DNA of 64,000 nt, taken from contig NMRA01000766.1 in NCBI GenBank assembly GCA_002633005.1, forward strand, positions 62,001 to 126,000, in the 5' to 3' direction. Of the stretch, positions 39,501 through 50,006 are shown piece after piece; position 1 is the stretch's first letter, and each line of letters begins with the position of its first letter. The position numbers and the translations under genes are program-made. The notes beneath the pieces are model-generated. The model was not told the origin of the DNA. It did no database searches and was given only the letters and a program-made list of their open reading frames with translations. The stretch comes from Phoronis australis (taxonomy: Eukaryota; Animalia; Phoronida).

Positions 39501-42500
39501 ACTTCTTACATGATTTCATTCAGAAAAAATTGTTATGAATATCCCTGTGTATATCAAGGCATGGTTCTCTATGAGGTTATTGGTTTTTATCACAATTCAG
39601 CATATCATATGGCAAGTATACTGCTCATATCTTTCTCCGACTCACTGCACCTTGATATGCATGGCATTGTGGGTTGTTACAGACGACTGCGCCAACGGTG
39701 GAACGCGTTGCGGCACTAATGAGGAGTGCGATAAAACGCAGAAGAAGTGTGTCTGTATTGATGGCTACATATTGTACGAAAAGAAGTGTACAGGTAATGG
39801 CCGAAGGGTGCTGCTTTGTTCTGTGTTCATAGTGTAGCGACTGTTTGATGATCTTTATTTACAAAGTTGATGGCATCAAGTACAGTGGCATGCCTTCAAA
39901 TTTTCAGCTGTGACGGCCATTTTGTAAGCGCACCACCAGAAATTCTAAAGAATCAACTTAAATGGTCCATTGATTTTAATTTGTTTATTTGAAAAATTAA
40001 TTGACATTTTGAATGATCACCATTTGGGAATAAGATATATCGAAAAAATTAGGTAATTGTGAAAATTCATTTTTAACCGTCGCGAAACTGAATAACTATC
40101 TTTTATATTTATAGTATTAGGATTACCGTAAGATGTGTACGATATTTTCAGATAAAGACGAGGTGCCGTGCATGTCTGGTGGTACAAAATGTGGACAGTA
40201 TGGTACATGCAACACTGCCACCAGGAACTGTGTGTGTCAGTCGGGTTACCATGAGGTCGATGGCGTCTGCAAGTGTAAGTTAAATAGCAAAGGGTTGAAG
40301 GTGTCAAGAAAATGACATATGGAGGGGAGACATTTTGTGGCGATGTTCACTGAATTTTGTTATCAGTGTTTTTGAGTGAAGTTTCTTATGAATTATGATA
40401 TTTAATTTTAATAGCTTACTGTTATGGCTGGTTTAATGCACCTTATGACGGTGCTATTTTTCTGTGAGTTTCAAAACGTCTCATCACAACGCAGTCTTTT
40501 TTATTTTAATTTGCCTGAAGTGAGTTTTTTACACAAAATGATGTCCTTTTAACACTGATGTGAGCTGTTTTGAATGCCTTGATCAAAAATTTTGAAAGTA
40601 TCATATTCACTTAGCCTTTTACCCATCGGTATTAACGTCTCCAGATAGATTTTCGCGTTTTGATAAAATCTTGCTCCCCCTTATCCGGATTTTGAATGCT
40701 CCTTTCCTCTGGCTTGCTGTCTGCTGCATTTCATTGATGTATAGTGTACAGCGTGGTGAAGAATCGACACTCTGGAACATTATTGTTTTAAAGAAAACTT
40801 ATTCCATAAAGCTTCTCTGTCAGTTTTCAGCCATAACATTAACAGAATGGAAACCAAAAACTTTTGACGATCGGATTTTCTGTTGGATACACTATATACT
40901 GCAACAGTGTCAGATGATTCACTTTAACTTTGGTTTCAATTGGTATCATCAGTATTAATGAAAAGCAATATGATCTCTTTCATTTCTCAAATACCTTAGC
41001 CAAAGTCACGTTTCCCTCAGATTAAGGTACTGTAATTGTACATGCCTAACCCAAGCTCATAACTTGTGTGTTTATTATTGTGGCTCACGCATGTATTTCA
41101 GCGACCAGTCTTTATTTGTTTCTCCTCTGTTTAGTAATATTTTGAGCTCTGAAGTGAGATGAGTTTTTGATATTTATTTTATGGGTGAAGGTTAGGTATT
41201 TTGGTATGACGAAAACTAATGTTTAAAGTTGCAAACTTTTAGACTTTTGAAAGCACTTAAACAGCCTGCTTCCTCTTTATTTCAGTGAAGAATCAGCCAT
41301 GTGAGGATGGTGGTTTGAACTGTATGGACCATGCCCACTGCGTCCAGAGGGTGACTAGGGTGTGCGAGTGTGATGCAGACTATGTTATGGTTAATGGAGT
41401 TTGCAAGCGTGAGTTCACTTACTGTTTGTAGATGCATTATACAAAAACAAGAAAACCTTCATGTCTGACAATAAAAAATGGAATTTGCCAAACAATTCAG
41501 TCGACGTTATGGTCTGTTTTGTGTGCCATGATTTTTCATAAAAAATTTTGAACTTTTAACTCTTCAAAGGATTGCAATTTTGCCATTGTGTTAGTGCAGA
41601 AAATTCTCATAATGGATCACCTTGTTTATGTATGGTGTGATATTTCTTATACATGTTGGAAAAAATTGGTCAAAATCTAAAAATTTGTGTCTGTAGGACG
41701 ATGCTTTACACCCTCGACTGTCTAGCCATCATGTCGGATAACCCCCTCTTTTTTAATCTTGATTGCATTGAAAGAGAATGATGTAAATTGAAAAATATTA
41801 AACAAAATGCTGTAATGTAGTTAGCAATTTATGAGCTAGAAAAGAACAATATCTCTTCAATTTCGCGCTATTGCAAATTTTCTTTTTTCAAAGGCTGATT
41901 ACATTGCTCGGATTCATTTATAAATTAATTTGTTTCATACCATCTGCACAGTGCAAGCCATGGTGACAGGTGAACAGGTTAAAGACACACTGTTAGGATG
42001 ATATTGTCCTCTATATTATAGTTTTTCTTCTTACCTTTCCACACATTACAGCCAAGGATACAACACCATGCAGTGACGGTGGTAACTACTGCCATAAAAA
42101 CGCCCACTGCACTACATATGGTGGGGTCAGGAATTGTACCTGTGATGATGGATACATGCAGGATGGGGACCAGTGTACCTTCAGTGCTGTCGGTGAGTTA
42201 TGGCTGCCATTTTGGCTCATGGCTTCTATCAGTGTACTGTCAGTGCTGTTGGTGTGTTATGGCGGCCATTGTAGCTCATGGTTGCCATCGGTGTACCTTT
42301 AAGTGCTGTGGATGAGTTATGATAGCCATTTTGGCTCACGGATGCTATCAGAGCCATTGACTCAAGTCGTACTTGTTTCCACGAATAATTGAAAATTTGA
42401 AGTATTTTAATGTTGTTTTAAGTGAATTATCGTTCTTCAGATAATCGCTGTCAGTGATTGTGTTGTTTCATTATTGATTTCTTCTTTCCTTGGAACATTC

Positions 42501-45500
42501 TGAATATTTTTGTTTCTTTTAAAGTTTTACTGCACAATGCAATTTGTGTTTTTAATAGTTTGTGTTTGTACTCATGATGATACTGTGTACTTTGTCCATC
42601 AGAGTGGTGCGACCACTGCTTGACCACCAGGAATGGTAACTCGTACAACGAGGACCCTGAGGATTGCACCAAGTTCTTCCAGTGTATCCGTGGCAACCCC
42701 ATCTCCTACTTCCATCATAGCTGCTCATCGTGCACCTACTGGAACCAGAATCTTCTCACCTGTGTTAGCCTGGACCGGGCAGTGTGCCCCACGGGAGCGC
42801 CTCCAAGTATGTAATAGCTTGGGCTTCGTGCTCCAAGATGTTCAATTGAGATTGTTGCCCCAAGGTCTACATATGGCTTGGTGTCTGACCCTTTTGGGCT
42901 GGTGCTGCCCCAACATTCAGGTGGCTTGATGCCCTTCCATTTACATTATACGCCAGAAAATCCATCAAAATTCATTGTTGTGACTGATGAGCGTGTGGGC
43001 AAAATCCCCATATCATACTGGCAACATTTTTTGTTACAATATGCAAACTAACAGCATATGACGGTGCAAGTGTTAGATGGCACTGACAGTAATCTTGTTA
43101 CAGAATCATTTCAAAATTTGAGGACAAAATACGGTAGATTTTCTGACACCTTTTCATTAAGTGTGACTAAGTAATGCATTATTTGCTACATTCAACTTCC
43201 AAACTTCCAAACTTCCACATTCGGTAAGTTAGTCTAAGTTAAGACAAGACTTGAATCGAAAACTTAAGTCAACTTCAGATCTCTTTCTTGAAATAGATTT
43301 TAGGCCAGTACCATAGATACTAGCAGTCAGTAATTTTGTGATCATTTGCAAAAATGTTAGACGACCTCGAAAAATGAAGAAAAGTGCTGTTTTGGCCATT
43401 TTATTAGTCCAAAATTGGTGAGATTTTACCATGATTTTACCCTGGGAGAGGGTCAACTAATCACACCTATTGCCTTTCAGTGAGTAAACATGCCCACCCA
43501 CAGCAGTGCTCGTCCTACTTTGAGTGCCACATGCTGTCGCCCACCAGACAGACACCCTACATACAGCGATGCTGCTCCTCAGGTCAATCCTTCAACTACA
43601 CTCAACAGCGGTGTGTCTCTGACACGCAATGTACTGATGCCTGCGTCATCTCAACAACGCCACAGACCACCACCCAAAGGCCATCTGATGTCGGTAAGTT
43701 ATAACCAAGTACCCTAGCTATTGTGGTGGTTAGTTCAGCTACCAACCCATGTGCCCATAGACATTTTTACGGATGAGGACAATCGATCCACATACGTCTC
43801 ACAACGTAGATTTGTAGAGCACAATTCATGTAATCCAGAATCCGGAAAGTATCACACAGGCGATTGTCTGCTCAGTAAGCTGACTGTTGATTTCTGAGAT
43901 ATGCTATATCTGCTTACAATTATCTGTGGTAAGGTAAATGTCGGCGTGAAATGTTACAGTGACTCTCATGTGTGACCTAACTACAGTGTGCTTGTTTTCT
44001 CTGTTTATCGTGCAAGGCATCAGTTTAAAGATTTTTTAAGATTGATTTATCTGAACTACAGGAAGAGTGAGAGACTTTCCATTTTATTGATTTTTCATTA
44101 AAGGACTCGCCATGACGGATTGCTTTTGTGACCATAAATTTTGTTCTCACCCAACCATTATTGCACAGAATTTCGTTTGCGTTCATGGCACGGAATAACA
44201 TTTTCTTTCGGTTTGATTCTACTGTATGTGCCACCAATTTAAGTCCTCTTGATATGCTACCTGTTTTTGGTGCATTGTCAATTAATCATGCCATATTTAT
44301 CAAATCCATTTCTTCTTGCATAGTTTATGCCATTAATTATTGTTCAGACTACATAGAATTCACTTGACACATGCCAGAGTGTTGTCGGTCAATGATTTTC
44401 ATACACATTCACTCAAACTCCATGACATCACGGGTGCTGGTGCAAAATTATTTGGCTAAACTACATATTAAATGTATTGCTTTGAATTTCAGTCGGTCCA
44501 ACTTGTGTTGATAGCAATGGTTTCCGACGCGAACAGATTGCCAGCGAGCCCTACTCTTATTGGTTGGTTTCCTCCACGTTACATCGAATCAGGAAGGAAA
44601 GCTGTGGCTCCAACATGTTTAACCTCACTTCTTGCTCATGCTCCGTGGTCACTGACAGTGAGTTGTCCTAACTGAAACTTGAGATTTAAAGCAAGGTGCC
44701 CTGATACAAGGCTTGCCGATTTTGGGTTCATTGTCATAATCATTGAATAAATTACTGTAGATAACTCATTGAATATTTTTGTGTTAGAAACTACAGCAGA
44801 ATTGACCTTTGTAATGGGAATGCTTCAAAAGAACTGAACTCATAGCCTGTAGTTTACAAGGGTGTTAGGGCCAATTCAGCTTTGACGTTTTCGTGTCCTT
44901 ATCACACTTTGTGAAGTACAGTGTAACACCATCATTAGTTGGGAATCACGTAATACGTGTAGTCTCTCTCATACATAAAGCACAGCTGAAACTGTCTGGG
45001 GACTTCTTTGCCTTCTTAACCAATATTTACACCTGACTCTTCAACTGTGCTTGAACTGGAGAAAGTGTAAGGTGTACTGTCTTTAAGTTTTTTCATGAAC
45101 AAGTGATGTCACACTAATTAGTTTCTTAAAATATTGCGCCCCCTTTTGTCAACAAGAGGTAATGCAAGGTGTACTGTCTTTAAGTTTTATTCTTTACTTG
45201 CCTCTTCATGAATAAGTGATGTCACATTTTTATTACTTTGAAATTCGTTAAAAGTTGTATCCCTTTTGTCAACAAGAGAAAAGTCATTTGCAGGCATGAG
45301 GACCCATCCTAAATATTCATTTCAGGCTGCTTGCTTGTCTACATGAAGCTCAATGCCGACATCAAAGACTATAATAACTTCGCTACGTATATCGACCCCG
45401 GTTCCGTGACCGTAGTGAACAATGCTGCTTGGTTCCCAGGCAACTCTCACATTGAGCTGCCAGTCTTCTCTAACTACGAGTTCTCAAACACATTTGCCAT

Positions 45501-48500
45501 CAGCCTCTGGTACAACAGTCAAATGGGCAATGACGACAAGGCTGGACTGATCACCAACGGTGACTGCTTAGGTAAGACATGTTCTGCATCATGTTTAAGT
45601 ACCTGAGGGTTTTCAGTACATTGAGTTAGCATTACTTTCTAATTTTACACGGTCAATCACATTCTGGTAACTACATGTCTTTTACCTTAAACTTGGTAAA
45701 TAACTGAATTATGGCAGCACTACATGTGACTTTGTTTTTGGTACCCAATTGGGTGCGTTGGGGTTAAAGCTGACATCTTTAAAGCGACTACAAACCCTCC
45801 CCCTTCCGTTAATTTTTAGGTTTAGGCCGCTAACAGTTATAGAATTGGTCTCAAAATATTTCTTAGTCGAAATGGTGGGATTTCTGGGCTCAGAAGAATG
45901 GGCAAGTCATTATTGCTTGAGACTAGGCTCTACAAGCTCACTTATGTCATGTCAAGTCATTTTATTTGCTGAGCCTGGTCTCGTGAAATAACAAAGTGTG
46001 AGTTCTTTGCAATACCAAAAATCACTTCTTGTCTGAGTAAGGGCTAAGTTGAGATCAATTTTGTAGTCGTGGTAAATGGTTCGAATTAGCATTTTGGGTT
46101 TTTTTTTGACGGGAATGCGGTCTTAATGACAATGAAAGCTGTTCAATGTTTAGTAATTAAAATGTAAATTGCATCGACAATGGACAATATGAGAAACAAT
46201 ACATGTTTTTTGTTTAAAGTAAATCGAGAAACGTGTGTGGGTATAAGTTCACATTAATTAGATCACAATATGTGGGTATCATTTGACCTGAGTCGAGGTC
46301 CTTTCATCGTTTTTTACCTTAAGAATGGCTTACTGCACAACAACAGTACCACACATTGATAATGACAGGAATTAATGTCTTCACATTCTACTCGCTGTTT
46401 CATTAATTCAGCGCTGTATTAGAGAGACCTGTGAAGTTAATTCTATCATCTGGACATCTTGCCATTGCAGAGGTGGGCAGCATCAACATCTGGGTGGAGT
46501 CCAACAGTGTGCTAGGCGGATACGTTACCGAGAATGACAACACGAATACGTCCATCAAGATCACAGGAACGGTAAGAGACAGCTAATCATGTTGAACATT
46601 CTCATGCCTCAACGTTGTCGAGTTTCAAGGATAGCCACGGAAAACTAATTAACTCATTTGAATCTAATGCCCCAGCTTCGTGTAAATCATGTCTCAGCTC
46701 CGTGTAAATCATGTCTATCAAAATTGGGATGCCAACTTGACCAGATCACTACCCAATCATCTACTAATTCTGAAAGTGGTAGGATAACCCCAGTTTGTTA
46801 TCCAATCAAATTGAAGACATTTGAACCTCACATGTCCAAGCTATCATCAGTTGGTTATCATTGTGTGTAGTATGTTTTTCTACTTGGAACTGGTCAAATA
46901 GAAGTATCTTAATTTTAAGTTTGTTGTTAGTGGCACCTAGTGTCTCACATCTAGTGAATCTCTCAGCTCTTTTTAAGACAAACACGTGGAAGGTTAACAT
47001 AGGAATGGTTTTAGAAAACGTTAAATTAATATGCTTAGAAGAGAATGGAGAAATATATCAGTTTTCTTAGAAATATTAGAATTAACAGTATTTTTCATGA
47101 CCATAATTTAAGTCAGCGTGGGTGAAGGTTATGTCGGTGTCGAGCATTTTCATCAAATCCAGGAAACCCTCCCTTCTGACTAATAAATTGATTATTTGCG
47201 GGATAATAAGCTCGCAATTAAGTGCAATGCTAGTGACCTAGTTTTGCCCAAACTGTCGGCTCCTAAGCTCCAGACACATTTACACTGTCAGGGAGATCAA
47301 GGTATTTCTACCACATGATGGCCAGGGTCCACAGAATTAATGTATCTGGTAAATATAACATGTGTATGCAGTGCAACCAGATTGTCTCAATGCCAATCAC
47401 TGTGTAAAAGTTGTCCCCGTAAGGAAAAGATAATTCTTAGATAGTGTAGTGTCTTTGAACTATTGTTTACAGGCGACACAAGGAGTTTGGCATCATGTTG
47501 TTATGACCTACAATGGAGTGGAAATATTCTTCTATGTTGACAACTCCCTTGTTGGACGACATGCCACGACGGGTTAGTTTAACGTATTTTGTTTTTAGGG
47601 GCAACATGGTATTTTTAATGCTATTTAACAATATGCAAAATACGTTTTCATGTCAGTGGGTAAATTTGCTTTTACGAACCTTCTTTCATATCATCTTATT
47701 GAAATGAAGATAACTTTTATTAACTTTACATTCGTTCGGTAACACTAGATTTTGTGCTTGTTTCAATTATATTTGCCTTTGAAAGGATGTGCGTCAGGCA
47801 GTACCTCCTTGCGGATAGGTGCAAAATGGATGTATCAAAAATGTACTGTTAAGTCATAAATATCTTATTAGTTTGTAACCCAAGCATTTGGGTGGCATAA
47901 AACCAAACGTTTTCTTCATTTCAGGTGGCATAGCAAGAACACACAATCCCATGGCATTTGGACTGTTACCGTATGTAGCAGGGTGCGACAGTGACCACTA
48001 CAAAGGCTACATGAGTCAGGTAAACAGTGTGTGCAATTGTTTTTATCACATCCCGGTATAAGCAATTGGAGAAAATACAGGGTTTTCTCGCCTTTTGGTC
48101 TCTACATGGACTTACCAACGGGTTAACTTGCTAGTGAATTTTACCACTTGGCCATGGTTGAGGCAGATGGATACTACGGTAATATACTCCATGTTTACTC
48201 AGCTCTCACAAGGAAACGGGAAATCCCATCTGGATCATTATATCTGAATACTTATGGCATGTACTGTTTTAAGCATACTTAATTATTAAGAACTTACCGA
48301 TTCTTCTTTGAGATTTCTACTTTGTGAAACATATCCTTATCAATGGGCAATGTAAAATTTTCTAGCAAAATGTTTTTGATCACGCCAAAGTGTTTTTTAA
48401 TTTGCTAAATAGGTACAAAAGTGTAATTTCTGGGGTGAACTGGTCTACGTGGCAACATTCAAAACAGTAACAGACCATTGTTGGAGACATTTATTGATTG

Positions 48501-48960
48501 AATATTAAAAATAAAATCTCAGACTTTTCAAATTAATGTCATTCAGTTCGAGTATTTTGAAGCACACAGTGAATAATTATATAATGTTGAAATATGTTAA
48601 ATAGATTACATCTTTTGCATTAATTATGTGAGTGCTGGACGGATAGATTATTTGTCCCAAGTTACAGGACAAAATTAAACTGCACCTAGTGTTGTTCAAT
48701 GGAAAGGACAACTCCTATCGCCAACTGGCTACTGACAGGAACAATGGGCATGCCTCTACCTCACTCCTGCAACACGGCGATATTTCTATGCACCACTAGG
48801 TGGTGTTAGGATTTGCTGGCTTCATGATACCAGGGGCTAATAGATTCGCAGATATTTCCACTCTCTTGTACCCAAGATTTTTTTTCAGGTGAAGCTGTTC
48901 AAGTGCCACCTCACTATTTCTCAAGTTGCAACTCTCTTCAGCTATGGTAAAGGCTTCTGA
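478..48960 (+). CDS. Giant multi-exon extracellular matrix protein (5'-partial): TSP1 - 21x EGF/EB-like - 27x Sushi/CCP - EGF_CA - 4x EGF/EB-like - chitin-binding x2-3 - LamG/ConA-like
   Basis: 63 exons with AG/GT boundaries and compatible phases (module exons all phase 1-1) join into one open frame ending FSYGKGF* (TGA 48958-48960). AATAAA at 49246. No TM segment in the part seen. Confidence 0.85.
677..1110. repeat. Dispersed repeat with internal subrepeats (relative at ~12180-12530)
   Basis: Shared segments ATGAAAATTG(G/A)CAGATG, GATGGATCC and GATCCGACT.CTG..ATGCCC occur at both loci. Confidence 0.55.
1689..20163 (+). CDS. 21 single-exon 6-Cys EGF/EB-like modules
   Basis: Exons 1689-1814, 2153-2284, 3401-3523, 3970-4077, 5137-5262, 6277-6399, 6956-7078, 8196-8321, 8698-8823, 9967-10092, 10619-10735, 11398-11520, 13017-13130, 13462-13584, 13949-14068, 15675-15794, 16137-16256, 16803-16922, 17537-17659, 18802-18924, 20035-20163. 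Each is a multiple of 3, phase 1-1, consensus VPC-x2-GG-x2-C-x5/6-C-xn-CxC-x2-GY-x6-C. Confidence 0.9.
4853..4951. mobile_element. Short foldback/MITE-like inverted repeat
   Basis: TTTTGAGAACCAGTTG ... CAACTGGTTCTCAAAA arms with imperfect outer extension. Confidence 0.6.
14566..14915. repeat. 25-bp minisatellite x14 (TGACACTTGAACATCTCATTACCAC)
   Basis: Exact 25-bp periodicity, ending 18 nt before the 14934 exon. Confidence 0.97.
14934..14960 (+). CDS. 27-nt phase 1-1 microexon (DDYDVPCDQ), truncated EGF/EB-like module
   Basis: tttatttcag acceptor, CAAG|gtaagc donor; translation matches the module start xVPC. Confidence 0.6.
20164..21256 (+). repeat. 129-bp tandem repeat made of the donor plus the 3' two-thirds of exon 20035-20163
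   Basis: Units start at 20164, 20293, 20422, 20551, 20680 (identical), 20809, ~20937, ~21064 (decaying). The frame stays open to 20849. Confidence 0.95.
21523..24906 (+). CDS. 4 divergent Sushi/CCP exons
   Basis: 174-nt phase 1-1 exons 21523-21696, 22829-23002, 23399-23572, 24733-24906 with pattern C-xxP-x-I-x-HG...Y-x-C-x2-GY-x-L-x-G...C-x3-G-x-W...C. Confidence 0.93.
22323..22572. mobile_element. Non-autonomous DNA transposon (MITE), PIF/Harbinger-like
   Basis: ~26-bp TIRs GGGGCCC(A/G)TTCCAA.AAACTGACTTA, flanked by TCA/TGA; AT-rich interior with CTTAAG/AAGACAAATCTTA subrepeats. Confidence 0.75.
25243..35841 (+). CDS. Array of 10 alternating A/B Sushi exon pairs (20 exons)
   Basis: A exons (KCSDPSPIPxGSVSSTGPY...) start at 25243, 26039, 27146, 27936, 29070, 30195, 31289, 32730, 34103, 35143. 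B exons (KCDAPPSISHGSVSASEPY...) start at 25717, 26537, 27615, 28432, 29588, 30690, 31996, 33227, 34822, 35668. All are 174 nt, AG/GT flanked and stop-free. Confidence 0.93.
33531..33797 (+). mobile_element. Left end of a Harbinger-like transposon, truncated by assembly N (33797)
   Basis: Starts GGCCCGGTTGCATAAA after CTG; subterminal inverted TTATCCGGCGTATAA repeats; an ORF starts at 33725 (MNALYRFRPRLRQFEREVTDPLNK). The paralogous intron near 30985 shows the empty site catctggtgattt. Confidence 0.7.
36567..38209 (+). CDS. 3 divergent Sushi/CCP exons
   Basis: 174-nt exons 36567-36740, 37496-37669, 38036-38209. Confidence 0.92.
38660..38838 (-). pseudogene. Degraded THAP-domain-like sequence (transposon relic)
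   Basis: Minus strand reads MARCCVCVSCDNS...LLTFSRD...WTWHKFVRET...HW then a stop; a CNH motif follows in a shifted frame. Confidence 0.4.
39140..39259 (+). CDS. Calcium-binding EGF exon
   Basis: [40 protein letters not shown] is a canonical EGF_CA. Confidence 0.95.
39683..42192 (+). CDS. 4 further EGF/EB-like module exons
   Basis: 39683-39793, 40152-40274, 41286-41408, 42052-42192; same 6-Cys pattern, phase 1-1. Confidence 0.9.
42603..44657 (+). CDS. Chitin-binding type-2 (peritrophin-A/CBM14-like) exons with a Thr-rich linker
   Basis: 42603-42806 (DPEDCTKFFQC...CSSCTYWNQNLLTC), 43481-43693 (HPQQCSSYFEC...CSSGQSFNYTQQRC, then TTPQTTT), and 44493-44657 (degenerate, CGSNMFNLTSCSC). Confidence 0.75.
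45070..45277. repeat. Imperfect tandem duplication (~95-110 bp x2)
   Basis: AAGGTGTACTGTCTTTAAGTTT...AAGTGATGTCACA...CCCTTTTGTCAACAAGAG occurs twice. Confidence 0.8.
45326..48960 (+). CDS. C-terminal Laminin G/concanavalin A-like domain (5 exons)
   Basis: 45326-45571, 46471-46571, 47473-47572, 47925-48019, 48889-48960. Motifs FAISLWY, LITNGDC, WHHVVMTYNG..FYVD and YKGYMSQVKLF. Confidence 0.85.
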
Positions 48961-49245
48961 GAAAGTGAATCGGGAATTCAAGAATTCTATTGAAGCTGTT
49001 ACTGTTATTACCCTTTGTGTCTGTTTTTACATTTCTGGACTCTCGACAAGTTATTGCGCAGCCTGGATCTCGCCCAGAAGCATCTCGAGTGTAATGAACT
49101 AAAGTTAGCTTGGAACCAATATCAACAGGAAATATATAACCGTGTGAACTTCTGTTTTCTGCTTGATTTTTTCAACGCAGCTGACAAATACCGAAGAGAT
49201 AACATCCAATTATTGTTACCTTAAGTACTTAAATTGTTATGTCTC

Positions 49246-49251
49246 AATAAA
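49246..49251 (+). terminator. Candidate polyadenylation signal AATAAA
   Basis: About 290 nt after the stop codon of the large gene. Confidence 0.5.
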
Positions 49252-50006
49252 ATACTTGTTTTCAAACCTTATTAAGGTTTGCACGGTTAGTTGGCTCTTA
49301 CATTTTACGTAGTGTATTACACTGTGCCTGGGTGAACTTTTTTTGTGGATATAAACGCCATGTTTGAAGACATAACCTCGCTGACCACTTTGCAGTGGAC
49401 TGATCCTTCATTACCACAAGAATTATGAAGGAATACTAACCAAAAGCTCTTCATAAAATCAGCAAAACAAGACCTTTAACTTGAAATTTCCACTGGGCAT
49501 TAATTGTGTGACCAAACTGTATACAAAAATAATTCTTTGCAATAACGTGTAGAAATATAAACACAATTACATATCTTTTGACCTTTGATATGCAAGACCA
49601 CATCCGTGGATTCCGTGACAGTTGAGAGTGATTAAGTCAGCCATGAACAAGTAAAGGGCACCTTAGAACATGGCAAGAGTTCTGAAACAAAATAACATTT
49701 CCCTGTCATGATGCTTTAGCCCGGTGATATTCTAGAAGGGCATTTCCACCTGCAGTGGTTAAAATGTTTCCAATGGATTTCCGATCATTCCCGGTCATGA
49801 TGACTGACTACTGTAATTGTAACTTCCGCTTGTCTCTAGCCATCGTGATGATGCACTCAAGTACCTTTTGTCCCGGTTTCTTCTGGTGTGTACTGCACGA
49901 AGACAACCTTATTTGGTCGGAGGATACAGTGTGACTGTGGGACCTACCAAGCATTTTATGCCCCCTGATGTCTGTGATATGTATCTCTGTGACTAGTTCT
50001 GTCAAT

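Noticed and set aside
48958-48960. TGA as selenocysteine or readthrough codon
   Set aside because: The LamG domain is complete, the position is not a conserved Cys, and no convincing SECIS was seen.
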